Part shown: one piece after another, positions 50,292 to 61,066 of the stretch
Numbering within the stretch: position 1 is the first letter of the stretch
Layout of the letters: each line of letters starts with the position of its first letter
Assembly (NCBI GenBank): GCA_003707115.1
Contig: PPNB01000002.1
Span: 496,001-560,000 of the forward strand
Direction of reading: 5' to 3'
From: Tortispora ganteri
Taxonomy: Eukaryota
Length of the DNA stretch: 64,000 nucleotides
Position numbers and translations under genes: made by a program
Notes under the pieces: model-generated
Seen by the model: only the letters and a program-made list of their open reading frames with translations
What the model was told of the DNA's origin: nothing
The model's database searches: none

Positions 50292-51587
50292 ATGCCACCT
50301 TCATTTAATTATAAACAGATAATATCTGAATTGCCTGGTCTTATTAATTCAAGTATTCGTAGAAATTTACCAGCCGATGTCATTGCACGAATTAGAAGAC
50401 TACCTGACTTGTATACGGCTGTGAACGATCTCGCAAAGCAGCGAGACGCTGTACAACATCAAAGGAAACAGATCACTGATAAAATTAAGACTGAATCTAA
50501 AAATTCACCTGAATTTAAATATTTAATACAAAATGCAAATGATTTGAAGCCTCAATTTCAACAACTCGACTCGCAACTGAAACAATTACGCGCCGATCTC
50601 TACTCTATCGCGGACTCGATCCCGAACTTGATTCATGAGTGTACAAATGACACTGAACCAACAATAAAAGAGATATTGAACCCGCTGAATTATATTGAGG
50701 CGACACCAGACCGTGATCATGTCAAAATAGCTACTGAGCTCGGCCTCATAGACATCGAATCCGCTTCAAAAGTCTCGGGTACCTCATGGTACTACTTAAC
50801 GGGCTATGGCGTACTATTAGAACAGGCGCTTATCAATTACTCGCTCGCTAAAGCCGTTCAAAACGGGTTTCAGCTTATGGCGCCGCCTACAGCTGTACGA
50901 GCCCGTGTTGCTGCAGCCTGCGGGTTTCACCCACGTGACCAGAATAACGAAAAACAAATATACAATCTCGCTGACGAGGATCTATGTTTAATCGGTACTG
51001 CTGAGATCCCTATGGCTGGATGGGCTATGGACAAAGTACTTACTGACCTGCCGTTACTGAAAGCTGGTATCAGCAGATGCTACCGCGCAGAGGCCGGCGC
51101 TCGCGGCAGAGACACTAAAGGTCTCTACAGAGTGCACGAATTTTCTAAAGTGGAGTTATTTGCCTGGTGCGAAACGGCAGACCAGGCTGAAAATATTCTT
51201 GAAATGATCAGATCGTTCCAGACAAATGTAATCAAAGAGCTTGGACTCTGTGCACAAGTACTCGATATGCCTGCAAATGATCTCGGAGCATCCGCGTACA
51301 GGAAATATGACATCGAAGCATGGATGCCCGGTCGAGGCGATTACGGCGAAGTGACATCTACATCTAACTGTCTGACATACCAGTCGCAGCGACTCAACAC
51401 CCAATTTAAAGACAAAGATGGGAATTTGAAATATGCCTATACGCTTAACGGCACAGCCATGGCCGTGCCGCGTATTATGGTCGCAATTATTGAGAATTTC
51501 TATGACCCACGTTCTCATTCAATCGTTATACCTAAAGTCTTGCGACCGTACTTGTCAAACCAAGAACGAATAACTAAACTGACCTGA
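50292..51587 (+). CDS. DIA4: Seryl-tRNA synthetase, mitochondrial type
   Basis: LIGTAEIPMAG, CYRAEAGARG..TKGLYRVHEFSKVE, RKYDIEAWMPGR and TLNGTAMAVPR. Confidence 0.9.
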   Translation: MPPSFNYKQIISELPGLINSSIRRNLPADVIARIRRLPDLYTAVNDLAKQRDAVQHQRKQITDKIKTESKNSPEFKYLIQNANDLKPQFQQLDSQLKQLRADLYSIADSIPNLIHECTNDTEPTIKEILNPLNYIEATPDRDHVKIATELGLIDIESASKVSGTSWYYLTGYGVLLEQALINYSLAKAVQNGFQLMAPPTAVRARVAAACGFHPRDQNNEKQIYNLADEDLCLIGTAEIPMAGWAMDKVLTDLPLLKAGISRCYRAEAGARGRDTKGLYRVHEFSKVELFAWCETADQAENILEMIRSFQTNVIKELGLCAQVLDMPANDLGASAYRKYDIEAWMPGRGDYGEVTSTSNCLTYQSQRLNTQFKDKDGNLKYAYTLNGTAMAVPRIMVAIIENFYDPRSHSIVIPKVLRPYLSNQERITKLT

Positions 51588-52925
51588 TTATCTGTTAAGC
51601 AATAGCTGAATACTCTCGCGAAGTATTTCCGGGTCTTTGAACATGTCTGCGCGTCTAATTAGTTCATTATTCAAAGTCCGGTCGGCCAAAAGAACATCCA
51701 TGTCATGTGACTGTGACGCAGTCCACGTCTTTATAAAACTCGCTGGATCTGAATAAAGCATAGTGAAAAACTCTCTCTTGGATTTAAGCGCATTCAGTTC
51801 CTGGATATTAAAACAAACGTGGTCATCAAGCGCTGCTAGCTCAGGAGCAATATCATAACAGCTTTCAAGCGTCTTGGTCATCTCCTTCCTCATGGGATCG
51901 TCAACCTCAATCTTGATGTCATAATAGGCCTCCGCATGGTGAGAAGCCTTCTCCACATTTATGGTATAGAAAATCTCAATAGGTTCAAGTGGCTTCAAGT
52001 GACTGGTGAGCAGCTCAATAATTTGAGGGAACTGAATACGATCTCGCCCGAACAACTGGCGCAGTGCATCATCGCAGATGATTGTGCGTTTATCGCTCGG
52101 ATCCTGCAGCTTTCTGTATTTAATATACTGCCATATATGCATAACTACCGCGGGCTTGGTGGCGGACTGAACAGGAATAACCTTAGATAACTCATCTGAA
52201 AACGTAAAGTAGTCTGGAAACTCATTCAGCTGTATCAAGATACGTGCATTGACATTTTCGTCGCCCTTGCGGCGCACTTCAATCGCGTCCCATTCTTGCG
52301 CTTCTGGAGGCATCGACGATTTCTTCGATTGATGCCATTCTATCACATTAGAATCAGGATAGAGTTCTTCGTTTCTGTCAAGTTCAATTACAAGGCTCTG
52401 GAGCAGAGCGCTAAGTTTCGGACGCGGAGACTCTTCTGTGTTTTCAATAAGCTTTCCGTCTCCGTTCAGAAGTTTTCCCTCAATGCGAAGACACCATGAC
52501 GGGTTCATTCCGGTATCAAAATCAAATAGATTTTCTTCAGGAATTTCTCGATCCATTAATTGCCACGGCTGATCGGTGGCGGTATTAGATATGCACAGTC
52601 GTAATATACAGGTTCTTTTCATATTTCCACTTAACGAATCTTGCAGATCGAGCTTCTTGCGGCTGATCACTGCATCCAGGCTTTTCTCAGCTTCTAACAA
52701 ATTGTTATACATTTTGGACTCGGGAATTATCGCTTGCACCTTAGGATTGATGTTCTTATCTGTTGGCTTTCGGACAAATCTCGGCGCAGGTCCTGGTTGA
52801 TTGGGCGGTGGTGGTACTGGCGCGCCTGGACGCACGTTTGCTGGGCCTCTTGGACCAGAAAACTGTTGAATTTCAGGACCTCCCCTTATTGGTCCTGGAG
52901 TTTGCTGTCCTTGAAATGAGCGCAT
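51588..52925 (-). CDS. SNF12: SWI/SNF-RSC SWIB-domain subunit (Snf12/Rsc6/BAF60)
   Basis: KPTDKN, W.LRIEG.L, IEW, VRRKGDEN and SWIB WQYIK...LQD...I.CD..L..LF. Confidence 0.9.
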   Translation of the reverse strand: MRSFQGQQTPGPIRGGPEIQQFSGPRGPANVRPGAPVPPPPNQPGPAPRFVRKPTDKNINPKVQAIIPESKMYNNLLEAEKSLDAVISRKKLDLQDSLSGNMKRTCILRLCISNTATDQPWQLMDREIPEENLFDFDTGMNPSWCLRIEGKLLNGDGKLIENTEESPRPKLSALLQSLVIELDRNEELYPDSNVIEWHQSKKSSMPPEAQEWDAIEVRRKGDENVNARILIQLNEFPDYFTFSDELSKVIPVQSATKPAVVMHIWQYIKYRKLQDPSDKRTIICDDALRQLFGRDRIQFPQIIELLTSHLKPLEPIEIFYTINVEKASHHAEAYYDIKIEVDDPMRKEMTKTLESCYDIAPELAALDDHVCFNIQELNALKSKREFFTMLYSDPASFIKTWTASQSHDMDVLLADRTLNNELIRRADMFKDPEILRESIQLLLNR

Positions 52926-53440
52926 GTCCTATTTGTGTTGTTTGCGTGGTTAGTGAAGGCAAGGTTGACGGGGGATGAGAACTAGGCCTGATGAAAGTTT
53001 GCAAAGAAAGGTTCCTATTGGTTAAAAATATCACGTGACTCTATTGGGATTTAAACCCTAACCTGAATTTAAATGAATGTGATTGGACGGAATTTTTGAA
53101 ACCTTATAATTTAAACGATTGTGTTTAATTGGCTTTTTATCAACTGGTTTTGTATTGGGTAAACGAGTATACTTTATTGGCTGTTCAAAATTACGCGAAA
53201 CCTAAATACTACACTTTTATTCATTTTATTGTTTATCTCCCCATCAGCGTATGTAGTAGATGGCAAAATAGAAAAGTAGTTGAATGGAAAAATGTGTATT
53301 CTCAGATATAATGCCTTTTTAATCTTTCTGTGAGGTATAATGAGCGTTAACAGCGCCCTGTGTCACGGGCAGTACATGGAATACTAAATGACGTAGAGCG
53401 ATCACCAAAAATACTGTTGACATTCACTTATATGCAGCTA

Positions 53441-53989
53441 CTATTCACTAAAAGCTTCGGCTACCTTATTATCTTTTTCTCGTCTGAGTATGAAAAAAAA
53501 GGGATGAGAAAGATCGGTGCCTTTAAGATCCATTGCTCCTAACATTGTATCTCCATCAACTTTGTGAAATACGTCGTTAATCGGCAGATTGTCGTAAATC
53601 ATAGTAGCAGCAATTTTGCCTCTGTACTCAGTATTTCGCAATCTAGCTTTGAAATCAGACGTCTTCACTTCAGCTTCTATGTCTTTAGGAAGCGGATCAC
53701 CAGGAGTGTAAGAGAACTGAGCTTTGACAGGATCAAGAGCAAAGAAACTAGACTCGTCTTTAGTTTTGAATACAAGCGGGTGTACCTCTTCATAACTTTT
53801 GTAGTATTTTCCGTACCACTCAATCGCCTCTAGAAGGCCATCCATTGGATGGCCAGTATGCATTCCGCTGCCCCGCCAGGCTCCGATCATCTCCTGGGGT
53901 TCCGTCGCAGGCAAGGAATCGTACAGCTTAATAGCTTCACTGATCGGTACGGTCTCTAGCTTCACAGCTTCTTCAAATGTGAGTGACAT
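53441..53989 (-). CDS. GXWXG/DUF4334 family protein
   Basis: GAWRG...TGHPMDG.L....WYGK, ARLR..EYRG...ATMIYD.LPI.D.F.KVD and FF.L.R. Confidence 0.85.
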   Translation of the reverse strand: MSLTFEEAVKLETVPISEAIKLYDSLPATEPQEMIGAWRGSGMHTGHPMDGLLEAIEWYGKYYKSYEEVHPLVFKTKDESSFFALDPVKAQFSYTPGDPLPKDIEAEVKTSDFKARLRNTEYRGKIAATMIYDNLPINDVFHKVDGDTMLGAMDLKGTDLSHPFFFILRREKDNKVAEAFSE

Positions 53990-54330
53990 TGTTAGATAAA
54001 AGCAATTCTAGTTTAGTTTTCTCAGATTCGCGACGTCATTTATACGGCACAAGGCATGCGGGGGTCTTATAAAGTTTTCGGGGTCGTCTTGGTGCGGAAT
54101 CGACTATTAAAGGAACAGTCATTTCCAGATCTATTGCTGTAAAACAAAATTGATAGATGATATGCGTCAATTGTCCGAAAAAGTAGTCAAATGCAATAAA
54201 AATAAAATATTCATTATACACATACGCTGTTATGTTCATATTTAAACAATATGTTTAACCCTAACCCTTTAAATGAAATACTTATGAACTTTGACCCACC
54301 TAAACTACCACCCACACTTTCACCACCACA

Positions 54331-55581
54331 ATGGCGTCTATCGTAGAAGCGCAGAATGCTGCTGCGGCAGGTGACCAGCAGAAGGCTATAAAGATTTATA
54401 CATCTATAATTGAGAAAGATTCTGGTCATAATGCTGATGTGATTAAGGATCAGGAGACAGCATTGATGGACCTGGGTAAGATCTACAAGGACAATGGCGA
54501 CACCAGTGCATTATGCGAGCTAATCATAACAGCACGTACAGTTATGAGCAATTCAGCTAAATCCAAAACAGCTAAAATGATTCGATCGCTGATTGATTTC
54601 CTTGCTGCGATTCCTAATTCACTCGATGCACAAGTTGATGCCACCCAGAACTCCATACAGTGGGCCAAGAACGAACGCCGCCATTTTCTAAGGCAAAGCC
54701 TAGAGGCAAGGCTAATCTCTCTGTATATAGATAAACGCGCGTACATGCCAGCTTTACAACTCATTGAACCGTTGCTACGCGATCTCAAACGACTTGACGA
54801 TAAAATGATGCTCGTAGAGGTCCAGCTGCTCGAGGCTCGCATATACCATGCCCTGCGCAACCTGCCTAAAAGTAAAGCTTCTTTGTCCAGCGCTCGCACT
54901 TCCGCTAACTCAATATACTGTCCTCCTCTTTTGCAAGCTCAGCTTGATTTGATGTCCGGTATCTTGCATGCTGAAGAAAACGATTTCAAAACCGCCTTCT
55001 CGTACTTCTTGGAAGCAAACGAAGGTTTCTCGGCTCAAGAGGACCCAATGGCACTGTCTACTCTCAAATACATGCTTTTGTGTAAAATCATGCTTAATCT
55101 CAACGCTGATATACAGCAGATACTCACAGGAAAACTCGCGCAGAAATACGCCGGAAGAGGTATAGAAGCAATGAAGGCGATCGCCAAAGCGCACTCAGAT
55201 AGAAGTCTAAAAGGGTTTGAACTGGCTCTGAATGAGTACAGAGATGAACTGGCTTCAGATCCTATAATCAAAACTCATTTCTCTACGCTCTATGATGCGT
55301 TACTTGAACAGAACCTGCTCCGCGTGGTAGAGCTCTATTCTCATGTCGAAATATCTCATGTCGCTGAACTCGTTGGGCTAGACTCTCGCCAGATCGAGGG
55401 CAAGTTGTCTCAAATGATCCTCGACCAGATTCTTCATGGCGTGTTAGACCAGGAGAATGGGTGGCTCATTATATTTGATTCTCCTTCTAAGGACAAAAAG
55501 TATGAGGCTGCTATTGAAACAGTCAAAAATCTATCTGAGGTAGTTGACTTGCTTTACGAAAAGGCTTCTAAATTAAATTAA
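54331..55581 (+). CDS. RPN6: 26S proteasome lid subunit
   Basis: KSKTAK.IR.LID, FLRQSLE, LKRLDDK, DFKTAFSYF and LSQMILD (PCI domain). Confidence 0.96.
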   Translation: MASIVEAQNAAAAGDQQKAIKIYTSIIEKDSGHNADVIKDQETALMDLGKIYKDNGDTSALCELIITARTVMSNSAKSKTAKMIRSLIDFLAAIPNSLDAQVDATQNSIQWAKNERRHFLRQSLEARLISLYIDKRAYMPALQLIEPLLRDLKRLDDKMMLVEVQLLEARIYHALRNLPKSKASLSSARTSANSIYCPPLLQAQLDLMSGILHAEENDFKTAFSYFLEANEGFSAQEDPMALSTLKYMLLCKIMLNLNADIQQILTGKLAQKYAGRGIEAMKAIAKAHSDRSLKGFELALNEYRDELASDPIIKTHFSTLYDALLEQNLLRVVELYSHVEISHVAELVGLDSRQIEGKLSQMILDQILHGVLDQENGWLIIFDSPSKDKKYEAAIETVKNLSEVVDLLYEKASKLN

Positions 55582-55705
55582 TGAGATTTGAGTCCCGACT
55601 ACGCAATTCCTTCTGCCTTCGTTTCCTTAACGTCTTGTTATATTTTTTTATGTAGTGAGATATTCATAAACATGGATCCTAATTTTTTTTTTGGTTAGGA
55701 TTAAT

Positions 55706-58700
55706 CTATGCAGGAGTAAAGATGTCAAAACTTCCAGTGCCGACCTTGCAAGGCGTTCCGGTAACGAGCGCAGCACTAGGGCTGTCTAGTCTATCTGATT
55801 CACCATTGAGGACCGCTCTTTGCAGAAAGTTGCAGGTAGTTTCAAAACTCATTTTGAGGAATGGCGAAGTGAGCGATTCAATACCTTGTCGGTTAAACGG
55901 CAAGTATGATCCTTCTCGCGTCATAGTATCGGCTATGAGCTCCAAATGCCTCACATTGACTGCAATAGCGTATCTGCCAAAAACACCGCTAATTTCATTA
56001 ATAATAGTGTTCCTAGCTGCTTCCACGCCGTATGTCTGTAAAACTGAGAAAATGTCATTAGAGAGGATTCCATTAACGTCAATGAAATCGTCTTCTTCCC
56101 ACATAGCGGCAAAATTCACGCCTTCTGTCACGAGAGTAGGTTTTTCTCCGGGATTGACAGCTGGTTTGACACAGCGTCCAATTCTAGGAATCTCGCGTAC
56201 AACGACGTTTCGGCAAACGTCTTCTAAGATGTTCAGCATTAGAATTTTGCCATATTTGCTGCTATACTCCATTTGGAACGTGCACATGGTTCCTTTAGCT
56301 TTGTCAAACTTGAAGTCAATAATAGTGACGTTGTCGTAGGCGTTCATGTTAGCGAAATCTGGTTCGTCGGTCACTTTCTTTGTTTGCTCCGCTTCCGAGT
56401 CAGAGTCTTCACTTTCAGAGACGTCCATATCGTCATCAGAATCTCTGTTCTGGTCTCTTATACGCTGCTCGTCTTCATCACCGTCATCGTACGTAGACGA
56501 CTCTTTAGTTTGTTCACTGCGTTTAGCAGAAGTAGCATCTTCGTCTGCATTGTCATCGGCGTCAGACAAATCGGCCTTGTCATCGTCATCGTCATCGTCA
56601 TCGTGGGCACTCGCAGCTGTTAGTTTGCTTTTGTCGTTCTCACTAGCATCAGCTGCACGCGCAGAAATGCCAATTTCAGGCGCAGCATCATCCGTATTGC
56701 CTTCCATCATTTTCTCAATACGCTTGAGCTCCATGTTAACTTTCTTAGCAATTGTATGCTGGAACTTCTTGTGGAGAACTTCGCTGAGTTTGTCGCTGTC
56801 TATATCATACTCGTTGATGTATTCTTCCTTATCGAAGAACTCGATCGTCACATCATAGTTCCTGTAAGCGCGGCCGTCACGCCGTACAACAATCTTCTCA
56901 GACATAGTGATCTTGTCGACGAACTCCGATAGCTTTACACGATTAATAGACCTCGCAAACCCTTCTATAACCTTTTCTCCGACATCTTCTCGGATTGGCA
57001 GTACCATCTGAGGCGTCTTGATATTCGTAGAAGCAGTCATAACAATCTCTCGCATACGAGGAATACCTAGCGTGACGTTTGCGGCACCGTGACCAGCGAA
57101 ATGGAAAGTATTTAAAGTCATCTGCGTAGACGGCTCGCCAACTGACTGACTTGCAATAATTCCAAGTGCTTCACCAGGCTCTACAATAGATTGCATATAT
57201 TTGAGTTGCATGAGCGCCCTGAACTTCTTTGCAGTCAGCCCAGACTTGATTGTCTTACCGTTCTCATCCTTTCTTTTCGCGAACAAAGTGTTCTCGTTCT
57301 CCTTGATGAACTGCTCGAGTTTCTCCTGGAAAGCTTCTGACACAGCTCCAAGGTACACGCCAGGGTTATATTTGAGAATAGCAGGATCATATTTTGTGTC
57401 TTCTTCGTAGTGTGGTACCTTACCCTGCTTCGCAAGACTCTTTCTAACTTTCTTTGCGTAGGAAACTGCCTCGTCAATGTCGAGTCTGTCAAATGAGTTC
57501 TTCGGCTGGTGTTTCTGAAGAAGTGAATGGAAGTTGTCGGCGCAGAACTTGAAGTCTGTGAGATGGCTTTCCTTGACAGGGTCGATCGCATCGCCACCGT
57601 ATAGAAATTGAATAAGAGTGCCATCGCTGTTTCGCACAGTGTTGTCGTATTGTGCAGATACACCTTCGAGCGGTTTGATGAGACAGCGCTGCAGATAGCC
57701 TGAACGTGAGGTCTTCACAGCTGTATCAATAAGACCTTCGCGGCCAGCCATACAGTGGAAATAATACTCCTGTGGCCTGATTCCGCTGAAAAATCGACCT
57801 GAAATGTATCCACCAGCGCGTGCACGAGTTTCATATGGTTGGAATGACGGCAGCGTCTTGCCACTGATCATGACAGGCACTCGGCGGCCCTCTAAGGCTT
57901 GTTGGCCTAAGCAGCACATAATTTGAGAGACATTTACATTAGAACCTTTAGCTCCTGACAGGGCCATGGCCTGCATAGAGTTCTTTGGGAAATGCTTGTA
58001 CACGCCTTTCGGAATACACTCAGAGACAATTTTTGAGGTGACCGCATTGACTTTGGACTGGACAACCATATCCAGCAGAGCAAGTTTGTCATCGTCCTGG
58101 TAGATCTCAGTAAGACGGTGTTTGAGTTCTGGGTCGTCATTTGTGAGGTTTTTATTGTCTTCAAGACCAGCGACTTCGGCAGCTGCTTTCAGGCCTACAT
58201 CCTGTGAGTCCATCAGAATTTTCTTGCGGTCAGACTCACCCTGTGCGTTCAAATAGAGATCGTCCATACCACAGGTAAAGGCATGTGACTGTAGGAACTT
58301 GGTCAAAAGACGGCCCAAAATACTAAGAAGTTTTCCTGCAGCTGCAGGACCGTATATTTCAAAAATTGAGTGCACAAGACCTTTGTCAGCAGCACCAAAT
58401 TGCGATTTGTCAAGAACGCCGACCAGCAGACGGCCGTTCTTAAACAGTACGGTATTCTCTTCAGAGGACTCGCTCCAATACTCTCCTTTGACACGGCATT
58501 TGGACCTCAGGTTCAGTCCCGGGCGGTCCAGCGGTTGGATGTTAAGCAAAATAGTAGAGAAGATTTGTTTACCTGTCCACATCTGTTTAGGCTTGATAAT
58601 AGCCGGAGGTAACGTGATAATTCTACCGGTAGTAGTATGTCCGTCCTCTGGGCGCAGCGAGCCATAGACCAGCTGCTGGTACTCTTCGCGGGTGAAGAAA

Positions 58701-60673
58701 GTGTCTTTGCTGGTGAGCCATACGCCTGCGGATATGTGGTCCTGGATAAGACCACGTAGAGGTTTGCCGGAAGTTGGTGTGATGTATTGAGAATCAGTAT
58801 TAGCGAGGGTCATGGCTTCAATTCTGGCATTTTCGTTTTGCGGGAAATGCATGTTCATTTCGTCACCATCAAAATCGGCATTGTAGGCACCAGTGTTGGC
58901 GTAGTGAAGTCTAAGTGTCTTTTCACCAGGAAGTACACGCACCAAGTGACCCATCATAGAGGCCTTGTGAAGAGTAGGTTGACGGTTCATAATAACAACG
59001 TCGTGATTACGAATGTGGCGGTATACCTTTTTGCCGACAAAAGAGTGACCTTCGGTAGGTGTGAGTAGCTGGTTAGCGAGTGCTGTGCGTTGTTCAGTAT
59101 TCAACATAGCCAGAGATACCAAGGATCCATTCTCCTTTTGTACGTGGGTTGCACCTGGCCAAGTATTAGGTCCATTGATGACGGCCTGTCGAAGTTCTTG
59201 GAAATTGTAGACGGTGACTGGTTCAGGATAAGTGAGTTTGACGGCAAATACCGGCGGGATACCAATTTCGTTAGTTTCTATATTTGGATCAGGAGAAATA
59301 ACTGAACGAGCAGCGTAATTAACACGTTTACCCATCATATTCTTTCTGAAAAGACCTTCTTTCTTTTCGAGGATCTGGCGCACGCCCGGTGCTGTGACAG
59401 CGGTAGCGCTAGGGTTCTTGCTAGAATCGATGAACGAGTTGATGGCGACTTGGAGATTCACAAAAGTATTCATGAGTTGGCCGAAGAGTTCGAGGCGTGC
59501 TTTTGTATTAATTTTTTTGTTAGCGTCTAGCAGCGCCTGGTCGGACATCTGTTCATTGAGCTCTTTTATTCGTAGACAGATGTTCAAAATACGTGTAAGT
59601 ACCTCGTTTTGAACATGCTCGTGAATAGCATCACCCATTTTTGATGGCGGGCGGAACCTGTTTGGGGGTACCGAGATAACATCCACAAAGAACATTGACG
59701 ATGAGGGTTGTCTGTTGTCAGCAGACCGGAACACGAGCGAAAGTATTTTGTGTTCACGCTGAAAAAGACGCGAAAGGTGCTGGTATACTTCGTTGGAAAA
59801 GACGTAACGAGGTCCATCGGCGGCTTTCTTTAGTAGACGTGATGGGTCGGTGGCGCCAATTTCCGAGGTTTTATCAAAGAGCACATTTTCGCGCTCGATT
59901 CCCCTGGCTCTATTGTTAGAGAGCTGTTTAGGCGACAAAGGCAGTTCGAATATTTTAGAGAATCCATCTTTGCGGTAAGTAGGACTGAACATTCCGCAGT
60001 TATTGCATTTTGATCTGGTCAAAATGAGTTTCATGAAATCCTTAATGAGTTGTTTGCGAGACTCGGCAATTGCGGCTGTTTCTGGTTGATTAAAATGATC
60101 CGGATCTGATTTTGTGGCTCTAGCGATACAGGACTTGACAAAAGTGTTTCTGCGCTCGATCATAGGTCCAATATTTTGGAAAGCTGTGCCCATACCCCCC
60201 AAAAAGGTGTCATCCTCCATAGCCTCGTCTCCGTCATCGTCGCCGTCTTCAATTGTAATTCTATCGAGCTCCTCAGCGTCAAAGAGTAAACCATGCGCAA
60301 GTAGTTCAAGCTTACAAGCGAAACGGTGGACCTCGGGCATGGCAAGCCTAAATTGATGACAATAGATGCACATACTGCGCAAGAGTATAAACATCTGATT
60401 GAAGAACATAGGGTTGTAAAGCGCTATAGGCAATTCAATATGACCCGAATGACCAGGACAGAATCGCTCGTCAAGTCTACAGGTGGCGCAAGGGTGTCGC
60501 AAAACAGCACCAAGAGCCAGATCATATAGACCTCCAGATATGGGGTGGCCTAGGCTATCGAAGACCTGTGGGTTAACAATTTGCTTAACGGATATCTTTC
60601 TTACATCTTCAGGGTTCAAAAAACGAAAATCAACCTTCGTGATCCGTGATCCTATTGGTTGAGAAACATCCAT
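55706..60673 (-). CDS. RPA190: RNA polymerase I largest subunit
   Basis: GGLYDLALG, CPGHSGHIEL, LEKKEGLFRKNMMGKRVN, YNADFDGDEMN and TQMTLNTFHFAG; acidic expander region; ATG at 60673. Confidence 0.98.
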   Translation of the reverse strand: MDVSQPIGSRITKVDFRFLNPEDVRKISVKQIVNPQVFDSLGHPISGGLYDLALGAVLRHPCATCRLDERFCPGHSGHIELPIALYNPMFFNQMFILLRSMCIYCHQFRLAMPEVHRFACKLELLAHGLLFDAEELDRITIEDGDDDGDEAMEDDTFLGGMGTAFQNIGPMIERRNTFVKSCIARATKSDPDHFNQPETAAIAESRKQLIKDFMKLILTRSKCNNCGMFSPTYRKDGFSKIFELPLSPKQLSNNRARGIERENVLFDKTSEIGATDPSRLLKKAADGPRYVFSNEVYQHLSRLFQREHKILSLVFRSADNRQPSSSMFFVDVISVPPNRFRPPSKMGDAIHEHVQNEVLTRILNICLRIKELNEQMSDQALLDANKKINTKARLELFGQLMNTFVNLQVAINSFIDSSKNPSATAVTAPGVRQILEKKEGLFRKNMMGKRVNYAARSVISPDPNIETNEIGIPPVFAVKLTYPEPVTVYNFQELRQAVINGPNTWPGATHVQKENGSLVSLAMLNTEQRTALANQLLTPTEGHSFVGKKVYRHIRNHDVVIMNRQPTLHKASMMGHLVRVLPGEKTLRLHYANTGAYNADFDGDEMNMHFPQNENARIEAMTLANTDSQYITPTSGKPLRGLIQDHISAGVWLTSKDTFFTREEYQQLVYGSLRPEDGHTTTGRIITLPPAIIKPKQMWTGKQIFSTILLNIQPLDRPGLNLRSKCRVKGEYWSESSEENTVLFKNGRLLVGVLDKSQFGAADKGLVHSIFEIYGPAAAGKLLSILGRLLTKFLQSHAFTCGMDDLYLNAQGESDRKKILMDSQDVGLKAAAEVAGLEDNKNLTNDDPELKHRLTEIYQDDDKLALLDMVVQSKVNAVTSKIVSECIPKGVYKHFPKNSMQAMALSGAKGSNVNVSQIMCCLGQQALEGRRVPVMISGKTLPSFQPYETRARAGGYISGRFFSGIRPQEYYFHCMAGREGLIDTAVKTSRSGYLQRCLIKPLEGVSAQYDNTVRNSDGTLIQFLYGGDAIDPVKESHLTDFKFCADNFHSLLQKHQPKNSFDRLDIDEAVSYAKKVRKSLAKQGKVPHYEEDTKYDPAILKYNPGVYLGAVSEAFQEKLEQFIKENENTLFAKRKDENGKTIKSGLTAKKFRALMQLKYMQSIVEPGEALGIIASQSVGEPSTQMTLNTFHFAGHGAANVTLGIPRMREIVMTASTNIKTPQMVLPIREDVGEKVIEGFARSINRVKLSEFVDKITMSEKIVVRRDGRAYRNYDVTIEFFDKEEYINEYDIDSDKLSEVLHKKFQHTIAKKVNMELKRIEKMMEGNTDDAAPEIGISARAADASENDKSKLTAASAHDDDDDDDDKADLSDADDNADEDATSAKRSEQTKESSTYDDGDEDEQRIRDQNRDSDDDMDVSESEDSDSEAEQTKKVTDEPDFANMNAYDNVTIIDFKFDKAKGTMCTFQMEYSSKYGKILMLNILEDVCRNVVVREIPRIGRCVKPAVNPGEKPTLVTEGVNFAAMWEEDDFIDVNGILSNDIFSVLQTYGVEAARNTIINEISGVFGRYAIAVNVRHLELIADTMTREGSYLPFNRQGIESLTSPFLKMSFETTCNFLQRAVLNGESDRLDSPSAALVTGTPCKVGTGSFDIFTPA

Positions 60674-61066
60674 TGTTGAAAGCAAATGATTAGGTCCTGG
60701 CGCCTGGAAAAGTTTTGGTAAAGAGAATGGGAAAAAAAAAAACCAGTTAGAGTTTTGAAGTTGATGTTCAAATTTTAAGGTTTCTACGTAGTAGAAATAG
60801 CTGGATTTAACAAGACAATTTACAAGCCTTGATAGAAATTATTACTTGAATGATTTATTTGAATTATAAAATTTGATAATTGTTTTATTATAATACTAAT
60901 TTCTGTGATCAGTGGTGTTATAACTATTACTTACTATAGAAAGATTGTCGTAGACTATGATTGGCTATTACAAAACTCTAACATCTAGCAAACTGACCTT
61001 ACTACACCAACCAACACCTGCACTGTACCAACTAGTACAAAACCCCCCTCCACAAAGAGCCACAAA

